Of a DNA stretch of 32,000 nt, positions 1 through 10,392 are shown piece after piece (positions within the stretch are counted from its first letter, which is position 1; each line of letters opens with the position of its first letter). The stretch spans positions 480,001 to 512,000 of the forward strand of contig CP188086.1 in assembly GCA_049942765.1 (NCBI GenBank). The letters are read 5' to 3'. This stretch comes from Candidatus Saccharimonadota bacterium. Its GTDB lineage: Bacteria > Pseudomonadota > Gammaproteobacteria > Enterobacterales > Enterobacteriaceae. The position numbers and the translations under genes were made by a program. Below the pieces are notes generated by a model, which saw only the letters and a program-made list of their open reading frames with translations, did no database searches and was not told the origin of the DNA.

Positions 1-56
1 AAAAATACAAAATATTTTATTTAAAAAAAATGAATTTTATTATAGGATAACTTAAT

Positions 57-863
57 ATGGTTACAAAAAATATACGAATTGCAATTTCTGGAATGCTAGG
101 AAGAATTGGTTCTCTGTTAATTCAAGAAACTCAGAAAATTAAAAATATACAATTAACTATAGCTATCAGTAAAAACATAGAACAACACATTAATAATGAT
201 GTTACGTTTATCAATCAACTAAAAAATAATAATATAACAATAGTTAATTCTTTAAATGAAGAAAATAACAATTTTGATATACTAATTGATTTCACACATC
301 CAAGTAAAACAATAGAATATCTTAAATATTGTATAAAACATAATAAAAAAATAGTTATAGGAACAACAGGTTTTAATAAAGAAGAAAAAGAAATTATTAA
401 TGCCGCTTCACAAAAAATAGGTCTTGTATACTCTTCCAACTTTAGCATTGGAATGAATACTATGTACAAATTAATTCAAAAAACCACTGAAAACATAGGC
501 AATAATTCCGATATAGCTATTATTGAATCTCACCACAATCAAAAAAAAGATAAACCTTCTGGAACTGCGATAACAATTAAAGAAATAATATTAAAAACAC
601 TTAATTCTAAAAAAAAAACATCTCTCAATTATAATAAAATAAATAGACAACAAAAAAAAACAATTGACATATCCTCGTTAAGACTAGGTGATGTTCATGG
701 TGACCACACTGTAATATATTCCAGCATTGGAGAAAGAATAGAAATCACTCATAGAGCTAACAATAAATTAATTTTTGCTCATGGAGCTATCCAAGCAGCT
801 ATTTGGCTTTATGAACAAAAACCAGGATTATACACTATGGAAAACGTATTAAATACACTATAA
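57..863 (+). CDS. dapB: 4-hydroxy-tetrahydrodipicolinate reductase
   Basis: 268-aa ORF, collinear with E. coli DapB (273 aa) from memory. N-terminal NIRIAISGMLGRIG nucleotide-binding loop, ESHHNQKKDKPSGTA (E. coli EAHHRHKVDAPSGTA) and GERIEITHRA near the C-terminus. AGGA lies 9 nt upstream of the ATG. Confidence 0.95.
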   Translation: MVTKNIRIAISGMLGRIGSLLIQETQKIKNIQLTIAISKNIEQHINNDVTFINQLKNNNITIVNSLNEENNNFDILIDFTHPSKTIEYLKYCIKHNKKIVIGTTGFNKEEKEIINAASQKIGLVYSSNFSIGMNTMYKLIQKTTENIGNNSDIAIIESHHNQKKDKPSGTAITIKEIILKTLNSKKKTSLNYNKINRQQKKTIDISSLRLGDVHGDHTVIYSSIGERIEITHRANNKLIFAHGAIQAAIWLYEQKPGLYTMENVLNTL

Positions 864-1011
864 AATTAAAACTTTTAAAATACATAGAAAAAATAAATTA
901 TAACGTTTATATAATAAATTTGAAAAATACAAATATGAAACTTTAAGTAAATATAAAAATTACATAAATATAAAATATTATTAAAAATATAATTCTTAAT
1001 TGGAGAATCAC

Positions 1012-2157
1012 TTGAAAAAATTAGGAATATTAGTTTTATCCAATGGTCATACTTTTAAAGGTTATTCTATCGGAGCTAGTGGAACATCTGTCGGTGAAGT
1101 CGTATTTAATACTTCCATGACTGGATATCAAGAAATACTAACAGATCCTTCCTATACTGGACAAATTATAACATTTACTAGCCCCAACATCGGTAATGTT
1201 GGAGTTAATCCTGAAGACGAAGAATCTGAAAAAATACATGCAAAGGGAGTTATAATTCGAAACCTTTCTCTAATAGCTAGTAATTATAAAAGCCATTACA
1301 ATCTTTATAACTATTTAAAAAAAAATAATATCATTGCAATTTCTAATGTTGACACAAGAAAATTAACTCATATCCTTCGAAATACTGGATCACAAAATGG
1401 ATGTATTACAACAGAACATCAATCTTCTCATAATACTCTAGAAATAGCTAAAAATTTTATGGGATTAAAACATATTGATTTAGTTAAACAAGTTAGTACA
1501 AAAATTTCATATAATATAATTAATAAACATGATCATGTTAAAAAATCCTTGTTAAATATCCCTTTTCATATTAAAAAAAAATATTTTCATGTAGTAGTTT
1601 ATGACTTTGGAGTAAAAAAAAGCATATTAAATATGTTACTAGATAGACATTGCTATCTTACTGTAGTACCAGCAACAACTACATCAGAAACAATATTAAA
1701 ATTATTACCTGATGGAATATTTTTTTCTAACGGTCCAGGTGATCCAAGACCATGTACATATGTTATTAAAACCATTCAACATTTTTTAACTACTAAAATA
1801 CCTATGTTCGGAATTTGTTTAGGTCATCAATTACTAGCTTTAGCAAGTGGAGCTAAAATAATAAAAATGAAATTTGGTCATCATGGAGGAAACCACCCTG
1901 TAAAAGAAATAAATAGTAAAAAAGTAATAATAACAACTCAAAATCATGGTTTTACTGTAGATAAGCATCACTTACCTTCTGAAATCAACATCACACATGT
2001 ATCTTTATTTGATAATACAATACAAGGAATACAATGGAAGAATAAACCAATATTTGGTTTTCAAGGACATCCTGAAGCTAATCCTGGACCACATGATGCA
2101 TCATCATTATTTGATAAATTTATTAATTACATAAAAAATACCAATCGCAACCTATAG
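1012..2157 (+). CDS. carA: carbamoyl-phosphate synthase small (glutaminase) subunit
   Basis: Strong identity to E. coli CarA (GEVVFNTSMTGYQEILTDPSY, FGICLGHQLLALASGAK, KFGHHGGNHPV, FQGHPEA). The ORF track starts at TTG 1000. The in-frame TTG at 1012 gives an N-terminus collinear with E. coli (381 vs 382 aa) and sits 6 nt after GGAG (1002-1005). No in-frame ATG is available. Confidence 0.9.
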   Translation: MKKLGILVLSNGHTFKGYSIGASGTSVGEVVFNTSMTGYQEILTDPSYTGQIITFTSPNIGNVGVNPEDEESEKIHAKGVIIRNLSLIASNYKSHYNLYNYLKKNNIIAISNVDTRKLTHILRNTGSQNGCITTEHQSSHNTLEIAKNFMGLKHIDLVKQVSTKISYNIINKHDHVKKSLLNIPFHIKKKYFHVVVYDFGVKKSILNMLLDRHCYLTVVPATTTSETILKLLPDGIFFSNGPGDPRPCTYVIKTIQHFLTTKIPMFGICLGHQLLALASGAKIIKMKFGHHGGNHPVKEINSKKVIITTQNHGFTVDKHHLPSEINITHVSLFDNTIQGIQWKNKPIFGFQGHPEANPGPHDASSLFDKFINYIKNTNRNL

Positions 2158-2179
2158 ATTTCTATTGAGATACTAAACT

Positions 2180-5100
2180 ATGCCAAAAAATACTAAAATT
2201 AAATCTATTTTAATACTAGGTGCTGGTCCTATTATAATCGGTCAAGCATGCGAATTTGATTATTCTGGAACGCAAGCTTGTAAAGCACTTATGGAAGAAA
2301 ATTATCGAGTAATCTTAGTAAATTCTAACCCTGCCACTATCATGACTGATCCAGATATGGCTCATGTCACATATATTGAACCAATTAACTCACATACATT
2401 AAAAAAAATCATCAAAAAAGAAAGACCAGATGCTATACTCCCAACTATGGGAGGACAAACAGCTTTAAATTGTGCTATCCAACTAAACAACGAAAACATT
2501 TTAAAAGAAAACAATATAAAAATTATTGGTGCCACTATTAATTCAATACACAAAGCTGAAGATCGTTCATTATTTGAACAATCTATGAAAAAAATTGGTG
2601 TTAAAACAGCTAAATGTAGTATTGCACATACTATACAAGAAGCATTTACAATATCTAAACATATAGGTTTCCCATGTATCATTAGACCATCATTTACCAT
2701 GGGTGGAACAGGTGGTGGAATTGCATATAATCAAGAAGAATTTCAAGAAATCTGTACTCATGGATTAGATTTATCACCAACAAAAGAACTATTAATAGAC
2801 GAATCTCTTATCGGATGGAAAGAATATGAAATGGAAGTTGTAAGAGATACAAATGATAATTGTATAATTGTTTGTTCTATCGAAAATTTAGATCCAATGG
2901 GTATTCATACTGGAGACTCAATTACTATAGCTCCTGCTCAAACACTCACAGATAAAGAATATCAAATAATGCGAAATACTGCAATATCCGTTGTAAGAGA
3001 AATTGGAGTAGAAACCGGAGGAGCTAATGTTCAATTTGCCATAAATCCAAAAAATGGAGAAATCATTGTAGTAGAAATGAATCCAAGAGTATCTAGATCA
3101 TCTGCTTTAGCATCTAAAGCTACAGGATTTCCCATTGCAAAAATTGCCGCAAAGTTAGCAGTAGGTTATACTCTAGACGAACTTAATAATGATATTACTG
3201 GTATAAACATGCCTGCTTCTTTTGAACCGTCTATAGATTATATAGTAACTAAACTTCCAAAATTTGATTTCGAAAAATTTCCTGGATGTAATAATAGATT
3301 GACTACTCAAATGAAATCTGTAGGAGAAGTAATGGCTATAGGTAGATCTTTTCAAGAATCTATACAAAAAGCAATTCTTGGATTAGATATCGGATTAAGT
3401 GGTTTTGATTCAAAAATAAAAGAATTAAACAATGAAAACATAAAAAAAATACAATATGAATTAAAAACTCCTGGTTCTAATCGTTTATGGTATATAGCAG
3501 ATGCATTTAGAATAAATATGTCTATTCATGATGTACATGTATTAACCAACATTGATAAATGGTTTTTAACTGAAATCTACGACATAATAAAACATGAACA
3601 TGTTATAAAAAAACAAACAATAAATACTATTAACAAAAACTTTTTATACAAAAGTAAAAGAAAAGGTTTTTCAGATTTAAGACTTGCTATACTTATGTCT
3701 ACAACTGAAGAAAAAATTAGAAATTTACGTTATAAATTCAATTTACACCCAGTATACAAAAGGATAGATACTTGCGCAGGAGAATTTAATAGTAATACAG
3801 CATATATGTATTCCACTTGGGAAGAAGAATGCGAATCTAAACCTAATCATAAAAAAAATAAAATTATTATTATTGGAAGTGGTCCTAATCGAATAGGGCA
3901 AGGTATAGAATTTGATTACTGTTGTGTTCATGCAGCTCAATCACTCCAAGAAGATGGTTATCAAGCAATTATGATAAATTGCAACCCAGAAACAGTTTCA
4001 ACAGATTACGATATATCAAATAGATTATATTTTGAACCTATTACCTTAGAACATATATTAGAAATTATTAATATTGAAAAACCTAAAGGAATTATTGTCC
4101 AATATGGTGGACAAACACCACTTAAATTATCTATAACACTTAAAAAAATGGGAATAAACATTATAGGAACAGACCCAAAAACTATTGATGTCACAGAAAA
4201 TAGAAATTACTTTCAACAAATAGTAAAAAAATTGAAACTAAAACAACCGAAAAATGGAACAGCATCTACTCTTAACGATGCAATAAATTTATCAAGAAAA
4301 ATAGGTTATCCTATTATGGTACGACCATCTTATGTACTAGGAGGTCGTAATATGAAAGTAATTATCAATGAAACTCAATTAATACAATATTTTTTATCTA
4401 TTCAAGAACAACCACACAATATGCTACCAATATTATTAGATCAATATCTTCAGCATGCAATAGAAGTAGATGTAGATATTATATGCGACAAAAAAAATAT
4501 TCTTATAGGAGGTATCATGGAACACATAGAACAAGCTGGAATTCATTCCGGAGATTCAGCTTGTTCTTTACCGTCTTATACATTAACCAAATCTATACAA
4601 GATAAAATAAGAATTCAAGTAAAACAATTAGCATTAGAATTGAAAATTAATGGTTTAATGAACACACAATTTGCTATAAAAAATAATACAGTTTATGTCA
4701 TAGAAGTAAATCCTAGAGCTTCTAGAACTATTCCATTTTTATCAAAAGCTACTGGAATTCCATTAGCTAAAGTAGCTACAAAAATTATATGCGGAAAAAC
4801 ATTAATAGAATTAAATTATAATAAAGAAGTTATACCTCCATACTATTCAGTAAAAGAAGTTGTACTACCATTTAATAAATTTCCAGGTGTTAATCCAATT
4901 TTAGGTCCAGAAATGCGATCTACAGGAGAAGTCATGGGAATCGGAATAAATTTTTCAGAAGCATTTTCTAAAGCCATGTCTGGAGCACTAATTAATATGA
5001 AAACTTCAGGTACAATTTTACTCACAGTAAAACCAAGTGATAAAAACAATATTATTAATCTAGCCATACAACTAAAAAATTATGGATTTCATATTGATGC

Positions 5101-5407
5101 CACAAAAGGAACATCTTTATCTTTAAAAAAATCAGGAATTACATCAAATATTGTAAATAAAATTAATGAAGGAAGACCTAATATTCAAGATCACATAAAA
5201 AATGGAAAATATATATATATAGTAAATACTACTGAATCAGAACAAAGTATTCAAGACTCTAGTATTATCTTCCAAACTGCATTACAATATAAAGTACATT
5301 ACGATACTACTTTCAACAGTGCATTTGCTACAATTTTAGCATTAAAATATATTCCAATTCGATCCATTAATTCATTACAAAAGTTACATTCTCAATTAAA
5401 ACATTGA
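2180..5407 (+). CDS. carB: carbamoyl-phosphate synthase large subunit
   Basis: 1075-aa ORF (E. coli CarB 1073 aa). Shows the duplicated ATP-grasp architecture: [22 protein letters not shown] and the second copy [22 protein letters not shown], plus [23 protein letters not shown] and [23 protein letters not shown]. Confidence 0.97.
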   Translation: MPKNTKIKSILILGAGPIIIGQACEFDYSGTQACKALMEENYRVILVNSNPATIMTDPDMAHVTYIEPINSHTLKKIIKKERPDAILPTMGGQTALNCAIQLNNENILKENNIKIIGATINSIHKAEDRSLFEQSMKKIGVKTAKCSIAHTIQEAFTISKHIGFPCIIRPSFTMGGTGGGIAYNQEEFQEICTHGLDLSPTKELLIDESLIGWKEYEMEVVRDTNDNCIIVCSIENLDPMGIHTGDSITIAPAQTLTDKEYQIMRNTAISVVREIGVETGGANVQFAINPKNGEIIVVEMNPRVSRSSALASKATGFPIAKIAAKLAVGYTLDELNNDITGINMPASFEPSIDYIVTKLPKFDFEKFPGCNNRLTTQMKSVGEVMAIGRSFQESIQKAILGLDIGLSGFDSKIKELNNENIKKIQYELKTPGSNRLWYIADAFRINMSIHDVHVLTNIDKWFLTEIYDIIKHEHVIKKQTINTINKNFLYKSKRKGFSDLRLAILMSTTEEKIRNLRYKFNLHPVYKRIDTCAGEFNSNTAYMYSTWEEECESKPNHKKNKIIIIGSGPNRIGQGIEFDYCCVHAAQSLQEDGYQAIMINCNPETVSTDYDISNRLYFEPITLEHILEIINIEKPKGIIVQYGGQTPLKLSITLKKMGINIIGTDPKTIDVTENRNYFQQIVKKLKLKQPKNGTASTLNDAINLSRKIGYPIMVRPSYVLGGRNMKVIINETQLIQYFLSIQEQPHNMLPILLDQYLQHAIEVDVDIICDKKNILIGGIMEHIEQAGIHSGDSACSLPSYTLTKSIQDKIRIQVKQLALELKINGLMNTQFAIKNNTVYVIEVNPRASRTIPFLSKATGIPLAKVATKIICGKTLIELNYNKEVIPPYYSVKEVVLPFNKFPGVNPILGPEMRSTGEVMGIGINFSEAFSKAMSGALINMKTSGTILLTVKPSDKNNIINLAIQLKNYGFHIDATKGTSLSLKKSGITSNIVNKINEGRPNIQDHIKNGKYIYIVNTTESEQSIQDSSIIFQTALQYKVHYDTTFNSAFATILALKYIPIRSINSLQKLHSQLKH

Positions 5408-5457
5408 CTTAAAAAATTTAATTAATATATTAATCCATCATATTTCGAGCAATAAAT

Positions 5458-5946
5458 ATGAACATTAGTTTAATTGCAGCAATATCTAACAATTATATCA
5501 TAGGAAAAAATAATACAATACCATGGTATATTCCACAAGATTTATCATGGTTTAAATACCATACAATAAACAAACCAATTATTATGGGCAGATTAACATG
5601 GCAATCAATTAATAAAAATTTACCAAACAGATATAACATTGTAATAAGTAGTAAAAAAATTGTTTCAAAAAATGTTAAATGGTTTCATTCTCTCGATACA
5701 GCGTTATCGTTAATGTCATTACAATTTAAAGAAATAATGGTCATAGGTGGAAATACACTCTATACTCAAACCATTCAATATGCCAATCGATTATATTTAA
5801 CGCATATTCATAAATGTATACTTGGAGATACATATTTTCCAAAATATAATACATGTTTATGGAATAGAATTTTTTATCAAACATGTTATTCACATAAACC
5901 TAATTATTTTTATCATTCTTTTGAAATACTAGATCGAAAAAAATAA
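5458..5946 (+). CDS. folA: dihydrofolate reductase
   Basis: 162 aa, collinear with E. coli DHFR (159 aa). ISLIAA...IG..N.IPW, NKPIIMGR.TW.SI, IMVIGG, LYLTHI and a C-terminal FEILDR. Confidence 0.93.
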   Translation: MNISLIAAISNNYIIGKNNTIPWYIPQDLSWFKYHTINKPIIMGRLTWQSINKNLPNRYNIVISSKKIVSKNVKWFHSLDTALSLMSLQFKEIMVIGGNTLYTQTIQYANRLYLTHIHKCILGDTYFPKYNTCLWNRIFYQTCYSHKPNYFYHSFEILDRKK

Positions 5947-5949
5947 CAA

Positions 5950-6762
5950 TCAGCTATGAAAAGACTCACTAAAATAAACTTTATCTTCCCATCTCAACAT
6001 ACTTAATTCATTACCCCAACAACATCCAGTATCTAGTGCAATGATGTTATTTGGAGTGGAATAACCTCGTAAAGTAGACCAATGCCCAAAAATAATATGA
6101 TATTTTTTATTAATTTTCATATCCATTAAAAACCATGGAATTAAATTCGATTTAAATTGAAATGGTCTAGACTTACATGAAAAATTTAATTCTCCGTTAG
6201 GTAAACAATATCTCATTCTAGTAAATACATTAATAATAAAACGCAACCGATCATTATTAGTTAAGTTATTACTCCATACATTAGGTAAATTTCCATACAT
6301 ATCATATAAAAAACTTTTATAATTTTTTCCAAGAAGTGCTTGTTCTACTTCATTAGCACAAGTAATAATAGTAGATAAATTCCAGAAAGGAAATATTCCA
6401 GCATGAACTAATAAAAATTTTTTTTCTTTATCCAAAATCATAATAGGACATTTACGTAACCAACCAATAAAAACATCAATTTCATTATATTCTAATAAAT
6501 CCATAAAATTATCAGATACATGATATGGAATAATTCCTAGATAAACTAATAAAAAATGTAATTCATGATTACCTAATACCATTTTAGCACTATCGCCTAA
6601 AGAATATACTAATTTCATAACATCTAAAGAAGCAGGACCTCTCGCAATTAAATCCCCTGTAAAATATATAATATCTTTATTATCATTAAACGATACTGTT
6701 TTTAATAAAGATTGCAACTGACGATAACAACCATGCACATCACCAATAAAATATGTACTCAT
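5950..6762 (-). CDS. apaH: bis(5'-nucleosyl)-tetraphosphatase, symmetrical
   Basis: 270 aa. Metallophosphatase motifs match E. coli ApaH: MSTYFIGDVHGCY, GDLIARGP, LGNHELH, HAGI, LDTGCCWG, LRWEDK. Confidence 0.93.
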   Translation of the reverse strand: MSTYFIGDVHGCYRQLQSLLKTVSFNDNKDIIYFTGDLIARGPASLDVMKLVYSLGDSAKMVLGNHELHFLLVYLGIIPYHVSDNFMDLLEYNEIDVFIGWLRKCPIMILDKEKKFLLVHAGIFPFWNLSTIITCANEVEQALLGKNYKSFLYDMYGNLPNVWSNNLTNNDRLRFIINVFTRMRYCLPNGELNFSCKSRPFQFKSNLIPWFLMDMKINKKYHIIFGHWSTLRGYSTPNNIIALDTGCCWGNELSMLRWEDKVYFSESFHS

Positions 6763-6829
6763 ACTTTACCTCGATATAAAAAAATAATATATTTTAATAT
6801 ATAGTGTTTAAAACAATTTATAATAATTT

Positions 6830-7639
6830 TTATTTTTTTAATTGACAATCATACAAATAATTTGCTAAACAGCAATATTCTATAATTGACAAATTTTCAG
6901 CCCTTAGTAAAGGAGATATCCCTAATTTTATTAAATTATGTTCATTAAATAAATTACTCAAACTATTTTTAATCATTTTTCTTCGTTGACCAAATGCTAA
7001 TTTTGTAATCAATGACAAATAGCTCACATCCCGTAATGTATATTGATACGTTATATAAGGTTTAAATTTTAGAAAAACAGACGTTACCTTAGGCTCTGGA
7101 AAAAACGATTTCGAGGATACTTCAAACAAAAATTTTACATCAAAAAAATATTGAATAATAATACTTAATCGACCATAATTTTTACTATCAGGTTGCGCTA
7201 ATATACGATCTGCCACCTCTTTCTGTAACATAAAATTCATATCATAAAACACTGATACATATTTAATAAGATGTAATAATACTGCCGTTGAAATATTGTA
7301 TGGTAAATTACCAAACACTCTTACATTTTTTTTTATATTTAAAAAACTAAAAAAATCAAATGATAATACATCTTGACAAAAAATTATTAATTTGTATGAA
7401 TTAGTAAAATTTTTTAATTTATTAACTAATTGTTTATCAATTTCAATTACATATAAATCATCTATTAATAATAACATAGATCTTGTCAATGATCCTAACC
7501 CAGGACCAATTTCAATCAATAATTCTATATTTTTAGGATTAATGACATTTATAATCTTATTAATTACAGATTGATCAATTAAAAAATGTTGTCCTAATTT
7601 TTTTGATGGAAAATGACCAAAATATAATTTTTTATTCAT
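6830..7639 (-). CDS. rsmA: 16S rRNA (adenine1518/1519-N6)-dimethyltransferase
   Basis: KsgA/RsmA motifs: LGQHFL, EIGPGLGSLT, VFGNLPYNIST, MLQKEVADR, YGRLS, AFGQRRK, RAENLS. The ORF-track start at 7654 is a TTG. The ATG at 7639 (MNKKLYFGHFPSKK) is collinear with E. coli KsgA (269 vs 273 aa) and has GAGA about 8 nt upstream. Confidence 0.92.
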   Translation of the reverse strand: MNKKLYFGHFPSKKLGQHFLIDQSVINKIINVINPKNIELLIEIGPGLGSLTRSMLLLIDDLYVIEIDKQLVNKLKNFTNSYKLIIFCQDVLSFDFFSFLNIKKNVRVFGNLPYNISTAVLLHLIKYVSVFYDMNFMLQKEVADRILAQPDSKNYGRLSIIIQYFFDVKFLFEVSSKSFFPEPKVTSVFLKFKPYITYQYTLRDVSYLSLITKLAFGQRRKMIKNSLSNLFNEHNLIKLGISPLLRAENLSIIEYCCLANYLYDCQLKK

Positions 7640-7746
7640 ATTAAATCTCAACAATTTTTGTTATTATAATTCTTCATACTTACTTCAAACAAATATCAAC
7701 ATTTATTAAAAACACACCATACATATATCAATAAAATAAATATACA

Positions 7747-9045
7747 TTAAATATTTCTAATATATGAATAACGATATATTTCTTCTCTATATTTTTTTAT
7801 TGATAATAGAAGTTTTTTATGAAAAATTAAATCATAAGCACGATTTATTGATAATTGCTTTAACGAATTGATATATCTAATATCAATTAATTGAAATAAA
7901 TGCCAACTACCATTAAAATAAATAGGATGAGTAAACATCTCTTTCTTTTTTAATTTTAATATCTTTAACAATAACAGTGGATGAATTTTATCTTGATCTA
8001 ACCAACCTAGATCATTATCTTGTGAATCAACTAACAAATCACCGTCAAACTGTTTTAAAATACGTTGAAAACTATATCCTTTATATGTTATTAAATAATA
8101 AATATTATTTATCTTTTTTTTTAAATCTAATTTAGAAAAATTTTTATTTTTTTTTAAAATTATATGTTTCAATCGTAATTGACGTGTTAAAAATAAATTT
8201 TTCCTCTTTTTATAATCTATAATTTGAACCAACTGATCTTGTTTATTGAAGTTATGAATATAAAATACTTGATTTTTTTTTATATTATGAAGATTAATAG
8301 AATAATATGATTTAAAATGATCAACAGTTTGCCAATGCATATTAGAAAATGATAATGTTTTTTTCTTTCCTAAAGACACAAATGCTATACTATTAAGTTT
8401 AAAACTAGTATGTAGATCATGAATGATTGTCTGATAAATGTTATTTAGAGTTATATTTAATCTCTTATTACTAAGAATAATTTTAGAAGGTAATAACAAA
8501 GTTTTAACCTTTACAACATCAATATTAGAATTATAATTCAATATTTTTTTAGCTAAATTATCAATTTCAGATTGATTGATATTAACAAACTGTTGAGCTA
8601 AATAACGTTCTATTAACTGGATACAAAATGAATATCTTAAAAATTTTTCATATTCTTTATAAGAATATTTCGAAGAGGACTTAATTAAAGAAGCATTTTT
8701 TTGAAATTGAACTTTACTAATATAATTATTAAACAATGCTCGTTGCATATCTTCGTTAACAGGAAACTTAAACTCATTCCATCCTATTTTTTTTGCTAAT
8801 TGAAATAATAAAGTATCAACAATAATTTTTTTTTTTGCATATTGATATAATACTTTTTGATTAAAAGGTTCTATATGTTTATTAAAAAATTGAACTTTTA
8901 AAAAAAATATAATTTTTTTTATATCGCTTTCTAATATTATTTGATCATTAACGATTGATGTTAATTTATCAATTAAAAGTGGTTTTGATGCAACTGACTG
9001 AATACTTAATAAAACTAATAACATCAAAAAAATACATATTTTCAT
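7747..9045 (-). CDS. surA: periplasmic chaperone/peptidyl-prolyl isomerase SurA (highly diverged)
   Basis: 432 aa (E. coli 428). N-terminal signal peptide, then IDKLTSIVNDQIILESDI (E. coli VDKVAAVVNNGVVLESDV). A parvulin-like block follows: LKHIILKK...GDLGWLD...GSWHLFQLIDIR. Sits upstream of rsmA as in E. coli. Confidence 0.85.
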   Translation of the reverse strand: MKICIFLMLLVLLSIQSVASKPLLIDKLTSIVNDQIILESDIKKIIFFLKVQFFNKHIEPFNQKVLYQYAKKKIIVDTLLFQLAKKIGWNEFKFPVNEDMQRALFNNYISKVQFQKNASLIKSSSKYSYKEYEKFLRYSFCIQLIERYLAQQFVNINQSEIDNLAKKILNYNSNIDVVKVKTLLLPSKIILSNKRLNITLNNIYQTIIHDLHTSFKLNSIAFVSLGKKKTLSFSNMHWQTVDHFKSYYSINLHNIKKNQVFYIHNFNKQDQLVQIIDYKKRKNLFLTRQLRLKHIILKKNKNFSKLDLKKKINNIYYLITYKGYSFQRILKQFDGDLLVDSQDNDLGWLDQDKIHPLLLLKILKLKKKEMFTHPIYFNGSWHLFQLIDIRYINSLKQLSINRAYDLIFHKKLLLSIKKYREEIYRYSYIRNI

Positions 9046-9465
9046 ATAAACTTCTTATTATCATTTATTAAAAGTTAATATTTTAAAAGAAAAAAATAAG
9101 ACAATATTCATAAAATTAGAACATAAATAATAATAAATTACAAAAAATATAATATATTGTCTATAAATTTCTGATAAAAATAAATTTTATTTTATTTCAT
9201 TAATTGTTATAATTAATGATATTTATTAATTAATACATAACAATATTTATATTAATCTATCTACTACAACACATAAGCAAATAATATTTATATTATATTA
9301 CTTTTATAGTATAATTATAAATTATGCATATCTTTATATTTAAAATATTTATATCATAATTTAAAAATTTTTATCCTACTTCAATAATTAAATTACAATA
9401 AAAAACTTAATTTAAATTTAAAAAATACACATTTCTATTAAAAACAAAATTAAAAATGAGCAGTT

Positions 9466-10242
9466 ATGAAACACTTGTTAGAATGTATAACTACATTACC
9501 CTCAATGTATTTATTAATAGTAATTACTATAATTTCATTTTTAGAATCACTTGCTATTGTAGGATTATTTTTACCTGGTATTATTTTAATGGCATCATTA
9601 GGTACTTTAATTGGTAATGGAAAATTACTTTTTTACCCTGCATGGATAGCAGGTACCATTGGATGCATATTTGGAGATTGGTTATCATATTATTTTGGTT
9701 GTAAATTTAAACAATTTATATCCAAATTAAGTTTTATAAAAAACAATGCATCTTTGTTACAAAAAACTCAAACTGCTCTATTTAAACATAGTTTTATAAC
9801 TATTTTAGTAGGTAGATTTATAGGACCAGCTAGACCTATTATTCCTTTAGTTTGTGGTATGTTAAAAATACCTATTATAAAATTTATAACACCTAGTATA
9901 ATAGGATGTTTATTATGGACTCCATTATATTTTTTTCCAGGAATCCTTACAGGAGTTATAATTCATAATTCTGCTTTCATACATCAAAAAAATATAACAT
10001 ATCTAAAATGGACATTTATTTTCTCTATTGCTTTAATTTGGATAGGTATATGGATACTAATGCAATGTTGGAAAAAATATAAAAAAAATAACTTAACTGT
10101 TTTCTATTGTTCTATAAAAAAAATATCGATATTTGCTTGTATGAATATATTGATTGGAGCATGTACAATAATATATATTCAACATAATCCTGATATAATA
10201 TTTTTTAGACGAATGTTAATTAAAATTTTTACTGCATATTAA
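9466..10242 (+). CDS. yabI: DedA-family inner membrane protein
   Basis: 258 aa (E. coli YabI 254 aa). Collinear matches: FLESLAIVGLFLPG, GDWLSYYFG, ILVGRFIGPARPIIPLVCGML, KFITPSIIGCLLWTPLYFFPGIL. Confidence 0.85.
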   Translation: MKHLLECITTLPSMYLLIVITIISFLESLAIVGLFLPGIILMASLGTLIGNGKLLFYPAWIAGTIGCIFGDWLSYYFGCKFKQFISKLSFIKNNASLLQKTQTALFKHSFITILVGRFIGPARPIIPLVCGMLKIPIIKFITPSIIGCLLWTPLYFFPGILTGVIIHNSAFIHQKNITYLKWTFIFSIALIWIGIWILMQCWKKYKKNNLTVFYCSIKKISIFACMNILIGACTIIYIQHNPDIIFFRRMLIKIFTAY

Positions 10243-10282
10243 TGATAATAAACTATAATTACCAATTGCTAAATAAACTAAT

Positions 10283-10320
10283 AATTGTTACTGAATACAC
10301 TAAATACAACAGTAACAATT
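10283..10320. terminator. candidate bidirectional intrinsic terminator between convergent yabI and rplY
   Basis: Perfect 11-bp inverted repeat AATTGTTACTG (10283-10293) / CAGTAACAATT (10310-10320) with a 16-nt loop. U-rich sequence follows on both strands. It is one of the few G/C-containing stems in the spacers. Confidence 0.4.
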
Positions 10321-10392
10321 TTAGCTAATTTAATTTTTTTATATTTATATATAAATAAATTAAATAAATAATATATTTAATTATCAAATATT

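Noticed and set aside
215-469. 84-aa minus-strand ORF inside dapB
   Set aside because: It is antisense to a well-conserved CDS. Its composition (I/L/F/K-rich) is typical of shadow frames in AT-rich DNA, and I recognise no homologue.
2362-5067. Five minus-strand ORFs inside carB (2362-2700, 3173-3367, 3743-3940, 4006-4194, 4843-5067)
   Set aside because: All are antisense shadow ORFs within a strongly conserved 1075-aa gene. They have low-complexity hydrophobic sequences and no plausible start context.
5408-5457. 14-bp palindrome ATTAATATATTAAT between carB and folA
   Set aside because: Short AT-only palindromes of this size are common by chance at this composition.
7392-7574. 60-aa plus-strand ORF inside rsmA; similar cases at 14306-14512 (in glyS) and 19667-19852 (in pheT)
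   Set aside because: These are antisense shadow ORFs fully nested in conserved genes.
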